A stretch of 55,495 nt of DNA from a virus (taxonomy: Duplodnaviria > Caudoviricetes): IMG/VR virus record IMGVR_UViG_3300021474_000001, positions 1 through 55,495 of that record, one strand, 5' to 3'. The position numbers and the translations under genes are program-made. This document shows positions 29,033 through 40,100 of the stretch, piece after piece. Below the pieces are notes generated by a model. The model was not told where the DNA came from, did not search any database, and worked only from the letters and a program-made list of their open reading frames with translations. Position 1 is the first letter of the stretch, and every line of letters begins with the position of its first letter.

Positions 29033-31014
29033 TGCCGAAAACGCTCACATGGAATGGCACTGGGTGGTTCGATGGCGCGACGCCTGCGACCGATGAGGAT
29101 GTCGCATCTGCCGCGACGATGGGCGTGATGAAAACCGATCCTAAGACGGGCGGCGCGGTGCGCGCGAAGTCGTGGCCGGAGACCATTGCGGACGTTGTGT
29201 CGATGGCCCCCTTTCTTTATGGCGGTCCAGAGGCGGAAGCAGGGGCGGGGTTACTCAAACGCGGATTGTATGCGGGCGGGCGTGCTGCGCTGACAGGTAT
29301 GGAGACGGTTGGTAGCGACATCATATCCGCTGGCGGTCGCAAGATTGCTGGGCAACCCGCGAATCTAAGTGTCGGCGGTGAGGCGGGAAGATTTGCGCAA
29401 GGCACAGCGGGGGGTGCGCTATTCGAGGGCGCGCGTCCGCTCGCGAAGAAACTCAGCGGTGAGACAAAGGCAACCGCCGCAGGAACCGAAGCAGTCAAGA
29501 GCGCGACCGAAGGCGCAGCAGGTGCGGCGACTGGCGTCACCGAAGCGGGCGTTCGCGGCACCCAAGAGCAAAAAGGACTTCAGCAAGTCAAAACAGAACT
29601 TGGTGCATCGGCTCCGAAGTTGGCTCCTAATGTCGTCAATCAAGAAACGCGGGCAACTCAGAACGCTGCCGCTCATTCGGTCAACGCGATCCACGCTGAT
29701 ATCAACGAGGGGTACAAAAAGCTATTCGCGCCGTATAACAAAAATCCCGTTAAGACCGAAACGGTGACGGGCGCGCTTCACGATGTGAAGCAGATGCTCG
29801 AAGATACGGGGCGGATGGCTCAAGTCAGCCCGAAAGCGCGAACGCTGCTGAACGATGGATTGGCGGTCGGGAACACAGATCCACTTCAGCAGTATCTGCC
29901 GGGACAGGATTTGACGAAACTGACGCCTGCGCAGCGGAAGAATCTCACCGCCTCATTCTCAAAGTTCAGCAGCAAGAAGTTGGAAGCGGTCCCGGCTAGC
30001 GTTGAGCAAGTGCTCGCGCTCCAGAATCGCGCGAACGATATTCTTCGCAGTGGGACTGAAAACGCGACGAGCAAATCGGTCGCCGCGCAGACGATGAAGG
30101 CGACAACTGCCGCGCTCGACGAAATGGGCGAGAGCCAATTCCTCACGCCCGCCGAAAAAGAACTCCACGCAGCCCTGAAAGGCCGGACGCGCTCGTTCTA
30201 CACCGATTTCGGACCTCTGATGAAGGGACTGTGGAAGACCAAGACACCGGAACAGGTCGGAAAGCTGCTTTTCGAGAAAGAACCGACGCACGTCATCGAG
30301 CAGGCTATTACCTCGGCGGCTCAGAAAGGTGAATTGCCGGGATTGCAGCGCGCATTCGCCGACTATGCGGCTCCCGAAGGAACACTACTACTTGGCGATA
30401 AGGGCGTCGTCGCCAAATTACGTGAGTTAGACCGAAAAGGTCTCCTTCAAAAGCTTTACCCCGGTCGCTACGGTAAATTGAGTACTTGGCTGGACACGGC
30501 AGCGCAGCAGAAGCGCCTCGAAGCGCTCGCGCGGTCGCCCGCTGTTCAAGCTCAAGTCATCGCGGGCATTCGCGCGGCTGCGGATTCGCCAGTCGGCAAG
30601 ATATTTATGAATGCGGCGCAGCAATCGTTGAAGCCGGGAACGAGCGGCAACATCTTTCCGCCGTTCATGGCGCGATGGATCGGTCTCTATCAGCCCATCG
30701 AAGCGATGATCGGAATGGGAATGATGAAACACAATGCGCCCGCAGCCGCCGCTGCGTTCGCTGCGTTTGTCGGACACACGGCGTTTCGTCGCGCGCTCGC
30801 CGATGACGCCTTTCGAGAGGCGTACTATAAGGCGATCACCAATCCAAACGTGCAGCAGGCAGTCTATTCACTTACGCGGCTGTCAATGGGACTCGCAATC
30901 AAGGAAATGCAGGACAATTCAGATGTTGGCGGTGCCTCCTCGACATTGCCACCGGGGGCGGTGGGTGGAGTTCGTCCCTCCGCGCCTGCCGCCCCCACTT
31001 CAGGAGCGCCGTAA
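29032..31014 (+). CDS. Large probable ejection protein
   Basis: 660 aa Ala/Gly-rich helical protein with hydrophobic C-terminal helices. Confidence 0.6.
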   Translation: MPKTLTWNGTGWFDGATPATDEDVASAATMGVMKTDPKTGGAVRAKSWPETIADVVSMAPFLYGGPEAEAGAGLLKRGLYAGGRAALTGMETVGSDIISAGGRKIAGQPANLSVGGEAGRFAQGTAGGALFEGARPLAKKLSGETKATAAGTEAVKSATEGAAGAATGVTEAGVRGTQEQKGLQQVKTELGASAPKLAPNVVNQETRATQNAAAHSVNAIHADINEGYKKLFAPYNKNPVKTETVTGALHDVKQMLEDTGRMAQVSPKARTLLNDGLAVGNTDPLQQYLPGQDLTKLTPAQRKNLTASFSKFSSKKLEAVPASVEQVLALQNRANDILRSGTENATSKSVAAQTMKATTAALDEMGESQFLTPAEKELHAALKGRTRSFYTDFGPLMKGLWKTKTPEQVGKLLFEKEPTHVIEQAITSAAQKGELPGLQRAFADYAAPEGTLLLGDKGVVAKLRELDRKGLLQKLYPGRYGKLSTWLDTAAQQKRLEALARSPAVQAQVIAGIRAAADSPVGKIFMNAAQQSLKPGTSGNIFPPFMARWIGLYQPIEAMIGMGMMKHNAPAAAAAFAAFVGHTAFRRALADDAFREAYYKAITNPNVQQAVYSLTRLSMGLAIKEMQDNSDVGGASSTLPPGAVGGVRPSAPAAPTSGAP

Positions 31015-31127
31015 TGAAACGTGGCGGTACTCGTAAAAGTAAGCGTCGGGTGAAACGCGCTCCGAAGCGTGGTAGTTTCAACAAGAATTCAATGCGCCGA
31101 CAGGTCGCGGTCGGCCTCGGTTATTAG
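31014..31127 (+). CDS. 37-aa basic peptide MKRGGTRKSKRRVKRAPKRG...
   Basis: TAATG coupling to the upstream gene. Confidence 0.6.
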   Translation: MKRGGTRKSKRRVKRAPKRGSFNKNSMRRQVAVGLGY

Positions 31128-31136
31128 GAGGAGTCC

Positions 31137-31271
31137 ATGAGCAAGAAGACGCGAGAAGAAGCGATCGCCGACAAAGAGAATGTCGCGAGTAAGCGCGGGA
31201 GTGCGGGCATTGCTCACGTCCGGCACAATAAGCGCAAGGGCCGCAAGCATCACCGCAAGTCTCGGAGATAG
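31137..31271 (+). CDS. 44-aa protein ending HNKRKGRKHHRKSRR
   Basis: AGGAGG RBS. Confidence 0.7.
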   Translation: MSKKTREEAIADKENVASKRGSAGIAHVRHNKRKGRKHHRKSRR

Positions 31272-31273
31272 TC

Positions 31274-31444
31274 ATGGACGACCGTCCCGAAAAGGCCGAG
31301 GAGAAGATCGATCAGCCGAAGTACCGCATCTCGTTCGAGACATCGGCGGACTCTCCCGAAGAATTGGATCGAAAGGTCCACAAGGGAATGAAGCGTCACA
31401 TGAAACGCGGCAAGCGAAAGCTCAAGCGCGCGGCGAGAAGGTAA
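31274..31444 (+). CDS. 56-aa protein ending HKGMKRHMKRGKRKLKRAARR
   Basis: GGAG RBS; TAATG-coupled to the next gene. Confidence 0.7.
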   Translation: MDDRPEKAEEKIDQPKYRISFETSADSPEELDRKVHKGMKRHMKRGKRKLKRAARR

Positions 31445-31797
31445 TGGCTGACAATGACGGATACTCTGGCGGACCAAGCAGCGCCGGGATCGAACGGTCT
31501 TATCGTAAGGCCGGTCGCAGAGGCACAGCCACACCCGCGGACGAAAGGTCGGGCGGCGTCATCGACGGCGACGTGTACTCTAGTGCCGATGAATATAGAA
31601 AGTCTCGTGCCGCAAATCGAGGAATGAAACAGGGATTGCATGAACGTGCGCAGGCTCGCAAAGACCGCGATTCGGAAGATGAGAGTCGTCATGCTGGTGC
31701 TTTGGAAGCGCGCGATACTGGACTGATTCGAGAACTGACCAAACGTGGGTCAAGGCGACTGACTGTTCGTGGTCGTCGTCGCACAGATCGTCGATAG
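31444..31797 (+). CDS. 117-aa protein with Arg-rich C-terminus
   Basis: MADNDGYSGG...RGSRRLTVRGRRRTDRR. Confidence 0.65.
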   Translation: MADNDGYSGGPSSAGIERSYRKAGRRGTATPADERSGGVIDGDVYSSADEYRKSRAANRGMKQGLHERAQARKDRDSEDESRHAGALEARDTGLIRELTKRGSRRLTVRGRRRTDRR

Positions 31798-31806
31798 GGA
31801 ATCCAT

Positions 31807-33648
31807 GTGCCTCCGTTCAAGACGTTCAGATTTTCCGGCTGGTCTGGTGGCCTGTACGCCAGCTCGAACGTCTTCGATCAACCTCAAGGCACAGTCCCGC
31901 GCATCTCGAATCTTCTCTTCGCCGAGCGCGGCGGTCTCAATACCGTCGATGGCTCTCATGTCGTAGTTCGTCCCGGTCCACCGCCCGCGCCGCTCGGGTG
32001 GGTGTCGAGCGGCCCTGTCACTTCCGTCAGCCCTCCCGCGCCGGTAGTCGTTAGTTCCAGCGTCGGCTTTACCTTCACCGGCAATTCCGGGCTGGGCGGC
32101 GTTCCTTCGTTGCCGATGACACTCACGATGAATCTGCCTGCTGGGATCGTCGCAGGCGATATTCTCGTCGCATTCATCACGGTCAAGGGAGTGGCGCCAG
32201 GTGTCGGCGCGGCGATGACGCCAATCACGACTCCGAGCGGCTGGACGCTCTACACGCATCAGACCGGTGTGTCGTTTGACGTGGTGAATGTGCTCTATCA
32301 CGTCGTCACCGGCACTGAAGGGGCGACACAGACCTTCACGTATCCGGCGCCCGTCTCCAACTTCAACGGCTACCAAATGAACGGCGCGATGATCGCGGTG
32401 CGCGGCGCGAACACGCTGTCGCCAGTCGACACGTTCTCATTTCGCGCTGGCACGTCGAGCGGTGGCTCGGCCGCAACGAACAGTGCGACAACTACCTTTG
32501 CGAACGATCTCCTGCTCATCCTGATGCAACCCGTCAACGACGGCGTGAACAACGGCGGCGCTGGGCAGATCGTCCCCGGAAATATCCCCGGCACGACCGT
32601 CCAGATCAATCAGCAGAGCCCAAGCGGTGCGCTTACGGATACCGTCGCCGTGTGGAGTACGCCATTCGCAGGACCGGGGGCGACAGGCACCTTCACGTCG
32701 CCGTCAGGATGGCCGGCAGAGCAATTTGACGCCTTTGTGCTGGCGCTCGGCTCGGGTGTGCCGGTCGCGGGACAACTCATGGCGTTCCCGATCACGGCGA
32801 GTGGTGTCATCACGCCGACTCCGATCATTCAGGGCATGGCGACCAAGCTCACGACGCCGCAGGGCGTCTATAAGGACTTGAACAGCAAGTTGTGGGTCGC
32901 AGACTCGCAGAGCGGGAATACCGGCGCGATCATCGGCTATGCGAACCCGCAGAACGATGGAGGCAACACCGCGCCGGACACCCTTATCCAAGGACCGAAC
33001 AATAGTCTCCTCTCAGGACCGTATGACGTGTGCGTCGGCACGAGCGGGAAGATTTACGTCGCGAATTATGGGCAGATGGGAACGGGCCAAATTCTCATCT
33101 ATGCGGCGGGCGCAACCGGCGACGTGGCGCCGATCGCGCAGATAGGCGGCAACAATACCGGCCTCGCCCATCCGCGCGCCGTGGCGATTGATGGTGCCGA
33201 GAACGTGTATGTCCTCGACGACACGGTGAACTCAATCAAGGTCTGGCATGCGGGCAATACCGGCAACGTGGCACCAGACCAGACCATCGTCGGCGCGCTG
33301 ACTCAAATCATCAATCCGCTGGCGATTCGCGTCGATCCGAACTCGAAGGTCTGGATTACGCTCGGGGCGACGAATACGCCGACCGTGGCGGCGCTGCTTC
33401 AGTTCAACACGACAGACAACGGCAACGTGGGGCCGACGACTCGTATTGATAGCACGGCACTACAGCCGCAACTCGGCTTTGCGGGACCGACTGGCATCGC
33501 CTTCGACGTGTCGGCGAATATCTACGTCTCGGTGCTGGGCAACAAGAACGTGCTCGTATTCCCCGTCAACTCAAGTGGCTCTGTATCACCAAGCGCGACG
33601 ATTTCAGGCTTCCCGAACGGGCCGTGGGGCATCGGAGTGACGCAGTAA
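31807..33648 (+). CDS. Virion protein: nozzle-like N-terminal segment + beta-sandwich + NHL-type beta-propeller
   Basis: WSGGL...PQG...SNL...GGL; repeats LWVAD/IYVAN/VYVLD and GNVAP..TI.G. Confidence 0.7.
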   Translation: MPPFKTFRFSGWSGGLYASSNVFDQPQGTVPRISNLLFAERGGLNTVDGSHVVVRPGPPPAPLGWVSSGPVTSVSPPAPVVVSSSVGFTFTGNSGLGGVPSLPMTLTMNLPAGIVAGDILVAFITVKGVAPGVGAAMTPITTPSGWTLYTHQTGVSFDVVNVLYHVVTGTEGATQTFTYPAPVSNFNGYQMNGAMIAVRGANTLSPVDTFSFRAGTSSGGSAATNSATTTFANDLLLILMQPVNDGVNNGGAGQIVPGNIPGTTVQINQQSPSGALTDTVAVWSTPFAGPGATGTFTSPSGWPAEQFDAFVLALGSGVPVAGQLMAFPITASGVITPTPIIQGMATKLTTPQGVYKDLNSKLWVADSQSGNTGAIIGYANPQNDGGNTAPDTLIQGPNNSLLSGPYDVCVGTSGKIYVANYGQMGTGQILIYAAGATGDVAPIAQIGGNNTGLAHPRAVAIDGAENVYVLDDTVNSIKVWHAGNTGNVAPDQTIVGALTQIINPLAIRVDPNSKVWITLGATNTPTVAALLQFNTTDNGNVGPTTRIDSTALQPQLGFAGPTGIAFDVSANIYVSVLGNKNVLVFPVNSSGSVSPSATISGFPNGPWGIGVTQ

Positions 33649-35264
33649 TGCCGACTTACGATCCCATCACCTTCGTGATCGCGTACAACCCTTCGGGGCC
33701 GACCGCGCCTGTACCATCGCGCTTCGGCATTCAACTCGACTTCGCGGGCAATGCGCATATTATTGACCTAAGCGGCGCAACCTGGTCGGGCTTCATCGCA
33801 GCATACACGGGCGCAGGGCCAGTCGTCGGCGCGGTCCAGTTCAGTAACTCAATGATCTTCGCGCTCGGGCTGGACGTACCGCCGCAAATTTTCAAGCAGG
33901 ACGGCTCGCTCGCACAACTCGTCAACACGTTTCAGAGTTCGACCAATTTCCCGCCGTGGTTGCCGAGCACGCAGTACCCGCGCGGCGCACACATCATCGC
34001 GCCGTCTGGCGGCGTCGAGTACATCTTCAAGGCGATCAACGGCGGCACGAGCGGAACGACTGCACCAACGTTTCCCGCGGCTCTGCGCGCAACCGTCGTT
34101 GATAACGGCGTGACGTGGAAGAACAAGGGCACGGCCGCGAACGGCGCGGCGGGCAATATCACTGGCGCGGGCTTCGTATTCAACCACGAGAACTCGCTGT
34201 GGATTTGGGGCACCGCGCCGAATTACAACGGCAGCGCGATCGACGGTCCCGACTCGCTCAGGCAGTCCGACAACGGCGATCCGACTTCGTTCGACCCGAC
34301 CTTTCAGGATTTCGTCGGCGAAGGCGACGGGCAGATGCCGATGGGCGGAGGTCCGTGGACGCAACTCGAAGTAGGCATTCCCGCCAGCCCGCAACTCGTG
34401 CTGTTCAAAACCAAGAGCACGTATTCAGTGCTCGGGTCATTTCCTGACGTGTCGATTCAGCAGATTCCTGATGGCGTTGGTTGCTGCGCGGCAAATACGG
34501 TCCAGTTTGTTCCCGGCATCGGCATGATGCGGTTGTCGCCGCAGGGCGTCGCCGTGTTCTCAGGCACGCGGGACGTGGTGGATCAGTACACCGACCCTAT
34601 CCGGCACTATTTGTGGCCGGCGAGCGGAGATGCCGACATCAACGGTGTCGATTGGAATAATATTCAGCGCGCGTCCAGTGCGCAGACCGTTAGCCCGCCG
34701 GGGTATCTGCTGCTCGTGCCCCTCATCGGTAGCGGCGGCGCGCTCGTTCGCGGCTTTCACTTCGACCGGCTTCTCAAAGCGTGGACGATAATCGACTTCC
34801 CGCCGTCGATGCAGCTCGCGGCCGGCTACTACGAGCAGGCGACGCAGCGCCAGACCTCGACGTTCGTCGCCGGTTTCTCAGACGGCATCCTGCGGCAAAT
34901 CTTCGCGGGCGACGAGTTTTGGGACACAGAGCCGACCGATCCCATCGACGTGTCTTTCAGAATGGCGGGCGTCGGCGCTCCTGGTACGCCGATTTATCTG
35001 CGGCGAACGATCTTCCGGGCGGCGCTCCGCGGCACGACGGCGCAACTGCTCGGAGCAAACATTCTCTATCAGAACCAACAGGGCGACCAGCGCTTTACAG
35101 GGAAACTTCTCGAGACGGATGCGGGAGCGCTGACGCAAGCGATCGACATCGACATGACGACTCTCGGCGGCGCGGAACTTGAGTACTTCGGCGCGGGGCG
35201 TATGGTGATTCAGGGCATCGAAGTGGATTATCTGCCGAAACCGGCTACTAGGATTCCGGGATGA
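33648..35264 (+). CDS. Tail nozzle/stabilisation protein (P22 gp10/T7 gp12-like), lacking the usual N-terminus
   Basis: SD.GDPTSF, LVLFK, GVGCCAANTV, LSPQGVAVFSG; inserted W.PSTQY...SGTTAPTF...DNGVTW carbohydrate-binding-like repeat; TAATG start. Confidence 0.7.
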   Translation: MPTYDPITFVIAYNPSGPTAPVPSRFGIQLDFAGNAHIIDLSGATWSGFIAAYTGAGPVVGAVQFSNSMIFALGLDVPPQIFKQDGSLAQLVNTFQSSTNFPPWLPSTQYPRGAHIIAPSGGVEYIFKAINGGTSGTTAPTFPAALRATVVDNGVTWKNKGTAANGAAGNITGAGFVFNHENSLWIWGTAPNYNGSAIDGPDSLRQSDNGDPTSFDPTFQDFVGEGDGQMPMGGGPWTQLEVGIPASPQLVLFKTKSTYSVLGSFPDVSIQQIPDGVGCCAANTVQFVPGIGMMRLSPQGVAVFSGTRDVVDQYTDPIRHYLWPASGDADINGVDWNNIQRASSAQTVSPPGYLLLVPLIGSGGALVRGFHFDRLLKAWTIIDFPPSMQLAAGYYEQATQRQTSTFVAGFSDGILRQIFAGDEFWDTEPTDPIDVSFRMAGVGAPGTPIYLRRTIFRAALRGTTAQLLGANILYQNQQGDQRFTGKLLETDAGALTQAIDIDMTTLGGAELEYFGAGRMVIQGIEVDYLPKPATRIPG

Positions 35265-35683
35265 CGATCGAGAAATATCAACCGACAGGAGACTCGTTGG
35301 CCGGAACAGTCAACTACGGATCGTATCCTGCTCGCATTCTGTTGCCACCCGGTACGTTCAACCCGACACAGGAAACCGTGAATCCAGTCGGCGTGGTGTC
35401 GAGCGTCGGTGGCGCTGGCGGCGGCAATGCTCAAGTGACGACGAACGGAACGGCGGTGAATGCGGGGACGGCGCAGGCTCAGACGCCAGTGACTGTGGCC
35501 GGCGTGACGACCAGTTCAGTCGCGAGCTGGTCGCTGCCGAACGCGCCGGATGCGACATGGCAGACGGGGATCGCCGTGATGCTGGTCTGCACGGCCAACA
35601 CGGTGACGGTCTATCTCGTGAATCCAACGGCGGGACCGATTACGCCGATCGCGCAGGCAATAAATATCGCGGTGCAATTATAG
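35261..35683 (+). CDS. Small tail/virion protein
   Basis: VTVAGV...TANTVTV.L.NPT.G.ITP. Confidence 0.65.
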   Translation: MTIEKYQPTGDSLAGTVNYGSYPARILLPPGTFNPTQETVNPVGVVSSVGGAGGGNAQVTTNGTAVNAGTAQAQTPVTVAGVTTSSVASWSLPNAPDATWQTGIAVMLVCTANTVTVYLVNPTAGPITPIAQAINIAVQL

Positions 35684-35694
35684 GAGGGACGATT

Positions 35695-36264
35695 GTGGGT
35701 GCAGCAAGAGCGGTGGATGTTGGGAAGCGCAGGGAGTTGTTGATCGGGTGCGGGTCGAACCGCCTCAAGAAAGTCGCTAGAGGCGGCAATCACGAGTGGA
35801 GTTCTCTGACGACGCTCGATAATAACCCGTACCATAACCCTGACGTGAGATGGGACTTGGAGAATCTGCCGTTGCCGTTCGACGACGACAGCTTCGACGA
35901 GATTCACGCCTACTGCGTACTGGAGCACTTACGATCGCAAGGCGATTGGAAAGGTTTCTTCGCGGACTTCTCCGAATACTGGCGGCTGCTGCGCCCCGGC
36001 GGTTTCTTGATCGGTCTGACCCCGATGTGGAATTCCGAGTGGGCGTGGGGCGACCCATCGCATCGGAGAATCATCGGAGTGGCACAGTTCACCTTTCTCG
36101 ATCAAGCGGAATACACAAAGCAGGTCGGTGATACGCCCCTAAGCGATTTCCGATTCTGCTATAAGGCTGATTTCCAACTCGTCTGGCATCGAGTCGAAGA
36201 GAGTCAGCAGTTGGCGTTTATACTACAGGCGGTTAAGCCGTCGCGCATCGAGGAGGGACGATGA
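35695..36264 (+). CDS. Class I SAM-dependent methyltransferase (non-DNA type)
   Basis: LLIGCG; DLENLPLPFDDDSFDEI.A..VLEHL; WRLLRPGG; DPSH; GGAGG RBS before GTG 35695. Confidence 0.85.
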   Translation: MGAARAVDVGKRRELLIGCGSNRLKKVARGGNHEWSSLTTLDNNPYHNPDVRWDLENLPLPFDDDSFDEIHAYCVLEHLRSQGDWKGFFADFSEYWRLLRPGGFLIGLTPMWNSEWAWGDPSHRRIIGVAQFTFLDQAEYTKQVGDTPLSDFRFCYKADFQLVWHRVEESQQLAFILQAVKPSRIEEGR

Positions 36265-37121
36265 TTCACAAGGGACGAGTCGTAGTAGCTTACGCGCACG
36301 CGGGCAACGGAAAGATCGGATGGATGGAGTCTCTCCTGAAACTCCAAAAGTTCGATATGTACCACGAGCAGATCATCGAGGGCTTCGTCGGCTGCGGCGG
36401 GCACTTCACGACCGTAAACCGCAACGCCTGCGTGCAAGCCTTCATGGAACGCGAGAGCAAGCCTGAGTGGTTACTGTTCTTCGACACCGACATCGTGTTC
36501 CCGCAGTCGGAAGTGATTTACGGGCTGTACGAGGATGCCGACCCTATCGAGCGGCCCATCGTGTCGGGACTTTACTTCACGTACATCGACACCGGATTCA
36601 CGGCGACGTGGCTCAAGCGCAAAGACGATCCCGCGCTCGGCGAGTACCAATCGCTCAACCAGGTCGAGCCGGGGCTGCAGGAAGTGGACGGCATCGGCAT
36701 GGGCTGCGTCATCATTCACCGCAGCGTGTTGGAAAAAGTCGCCGAGGCGCATCCGCGCTCGCAAGATCCGTGGGTCTGGTTCGGGCACGACCTCGTGATG
36801 ACCTCGAAGGGACCGGATCGGCTCGGTGAGGATTTGACGTTTTGCCGACGCGCTCGCGAGTTGGGCTTCAAGATTTGGGGCGACGGGCGACTCGGCTTCA
36901 CGCATCTCAAGGAGCGCGAGGAGAACGTCGAGACGGTGATCGAGCGGTACAACGCGAAGCAGTTTGTCGATGGCGAGCAGGCGAAGGAGAACGCGGAACA
37001 CCAGAAGGCGATTGATGCGTTTTGGAACTATGCGCGCACGCCTGAATGGTTGGCGAGCGAATATTTCCCCTACAAAGGACCGCCGGACGAAACAGTTAAG
37101 AACGGAGCAATCATCCCATGA
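36261..37121 (+). CDS. GT-A fold (GT2-like) glycosyltransferase
   Basis: RN..V..F; WLLFFDTD (DxD); GMGCVIIHRSV; GEDLTFC; H.K. Confidence 0.88.
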   Translation: MIHKGRVVVAYAHAGNGKIGWMESLLKLQKFDMYHEQIIEGFVGCGGHFTTVNRNACVQAFMERESKPEWLLFFDTDIVFPQSEVIYGLYEDADPIERPIVSGLYFTYIDTGFTATWLKRKDDPALGEYQSLNQVEPGLQEVDGIGMGCVIIHRSVLEKVAEAHPRSQDPWVWFGHDLVMTSKGPDRLGEDLTFCRRARELGFKIWGDGRLGFTHLKEREENVETVIERYNAKQFVDGEQAKENAEHQKAIDAFWNYARTPEWLASEYFPYKGPPDETVKNGAIIP

Positions 37122-40100
37122 TGAAACGAGTCGCGGCGATAGCATTGCTCCTGCTGTTCGTGGTGGTGAGCTACGTCGTCACCATCCAGAATCCAGTGAA
37201 CGGGCCTCGATCAGCTTTTGCCGTGACTCCAACTCCTACAGCCCAAGTAACGTCGTCGCCTACAGCTTTGATTGGTGGCTCGAATCGCATGGGGTTCAAC
37301 CTTGGTGGCGATGACTATCAAGGCTGCTGCGGCGGCAACTACATGCAGAACATGTTTCAGAATCCCGGCCTCGAACCGTCAACGGACGGGCATCTGATCG
37401 ACGTGGGTCCGGGGGCAACCGGTAGTTCATTTACTGATACGACTGACAACGGTGCTGCGACAAACTACTGGGTGGGCGCGATAGCGTCGGTCAGAAGTGG
37501 CGCGGCGGCGGGCGACCAATTTACCATTACCGGCTACACGGCGGGCGGTTCCTATACCTTCGGCAGTTGTGAGAATGCTACGGGCGCCCCGATCAGTTGC
37601 CCCACCTTGGCAACCGGCGTGGCCGTGGGCGAAGTGCTCACCTCAGTCGATGTCGCGGGCAACATGGATACCAACGTCATCGGTGGCTGGGGCGGTGTTC
37701 ATGACGGACACTGCGTACTCTCCATCGCGGATAAGTACGAGGGCCAAGGTTCCATTGCTTGCAATGTCGCTGATGGTTCCGCCCACACCTTCAACTACGG
37801 GTGGGATTTGTCCACGACTACCGGCGGCGTGTGCTCGAATGACAGCGTAACTCCCTGTACCGTGGCGAATCAGACAGCGGATTGTGGAGGAGGGAATACC
37901 TGTCTTACGGCTCCGCAGGCTGGCCCGTGGCATCCCGTCGTCGGGGCGTTCGAGACTTCGTTTTGGGCCAAGGGTGCGAATACATCCACCGGCACGCCTC
38001 AAGTGTCGTTTCAACTCTACCGCACCGCTGGCGGTGGTGTGAACGTCAGTCACACATGGACGCTGACCAACGATGGCGCTTGGCATCAGTACACTTATTC
38101 CTTTACCGGCACGGATGTTGGCCCAAATCAAAATTCCTTGCTTTATCAATTTTCCACGACCAACAACTCGGCAGAGACTAGTGCGACCATCTACATCGAC
38201 GACGCCTATCTCGGCAAAGCAGCATCCTCAGCGACCGGTTTCCGCAACGAGATGCTAACTACCGTCAATGCGCTGAATCCCGGCTCGATGCGGTACGCGG
38301 CCTATGCGCAGTTGGGGACGAATGATCGGGGCTACGAGGGCGCGCAAGGCTGTAATCCGACACCTTCGTCGCCAACTACGACCGGCACTTGCGATATGTT
38401 GCACGGGGCTGCCTTTGATACCTACGGCGGCGCTCCGAATGGCAGCTGGACGTTCGCGGGGTCGGATGTCTACGCATTGGCGAATCAGACCAACTCGGTG
38501 CCATTTATGACGCTCGGAAACGTGATGAGCGACGCTGACCTCAAGAGCTTCATCGACAATCTGTGTACGGCAGTAAACACCTACAGCTTCCCATCAGCGT
38601 GGGTCGAAGGCGGCAACGAGAACTGGAATAACGGCGCGGGGCGTATCTCATTTGGCAACAATCCGGGTGCTTTGGGCTACGGCGGCACTTGGGGCCGCAA
38701 CTTCTCGGTTATGAACGCCGAAGCTACTGCCCACTGCGGCAGCGCGGTCGCGGCCAAGGTTCACTACATAATGAACAACCAAGCCTGCAACGGCGGCGTC
38801 ATCCAAACCGAGATAGCTGGCGCTGCCACGGCGGGTTTCGCCATTCCCAATACCAGTCAGTACGGAGGCGACGACGCGCCCTACTATCCGAACACGACCG
38901 CCATGCCGTTTGCGACGGGCAGCCTCGCGGCACAGGCGGCAACCTTCGCGGCCGATTTCTTCGGGTACATTCCTCAGTACGTCAATAACGGGAATGGTTG
39001 CACGGGTGGCGCGTCTAATGGCGACTACAGCTACGTTCAATCGAACAACGTGATCCCGTTCTACGAGGAAGGGCCGAACGCCTATTCGTCCAGTGGCGGC
39101 AGCACGACCGAACAGGGCTATCTCGCGCAAGCGGGCTACCCGAGCGCGGCGTGGATGGCGCAAAGCTGGCTATGGGGTCAGCAGCAAGGGCGAACGCCGC
39201 TGCAGAATGAGTATCAGCTCGCGCAGCCGGAGTTCGGCGGGTCAATCAGTGTGCCCATTTGGGGTTTCACGCACGACATGGATGCGGACTTCGGGCCGAC
39301 ATTCCCGCATCTGAGGTCCATCGGCATCGGTATGGAAATCGTCAACGGGGCGATCCAAGCCAACTATTATCCGATCACAGGGCTGCCGAGCGGTGTCGTA
39401 GGGAACGCCTATGGATCGAACGGGCTGGGCACGGGCAACATGAGCGCTGTGCTGGTCAACGGCAATGGCACTGCGCAATCCTTCGCGGTGGTGTTTCCGG
39501 CTGGCAGCACAGTTCCGCAGAGCTGTGTCGCATCCGTCTATACCAACGGTCTCGCCGACAACAATGAAAACTCCGACGATGTAACGGCGGGTGCTTGCAC
39601 CGGTGTCACGACTGTTGGACAGGCGGTCGGCATCACGTTGCGACCCTACCAAGTGGCGGCGATGGACGCCGGCACGCCAGGACCGACAGCAACAGCGACG
39701 GCGACCGCGACAAGCACAGCCACCGCAACGGCCACCGCTACTGCCACTGGAGGTGCGACGGCCACCGCAACTGCAACTGCGACCTCAACGGCCACAGCGA
39801 CAGCCACGAGCACGGCGACGGCCACTGCTACGACAAGCCCAACGCCAACTGCAGCTCCCACCGCAACTGCTTGCGCCGGCCTTCCTCCAACCACCGTCAC
39901 GATCACCGGCAACCTCTACGACAACTACGGAAATCCTTCGGTCGGTACGACGGTCGCGGTGACGCCGCTTAATCCGACCGCGCAGGGCTGTAGTCTGATC
40001 ATGGCGAATCCCGTGCCGACCAGCACGGACAAGTTCGGCCATTTCATCCTGAATGCAGTCGGCGGCATCTATTCCGCGGTGTCGTTTGCGGGCGGCGTCG

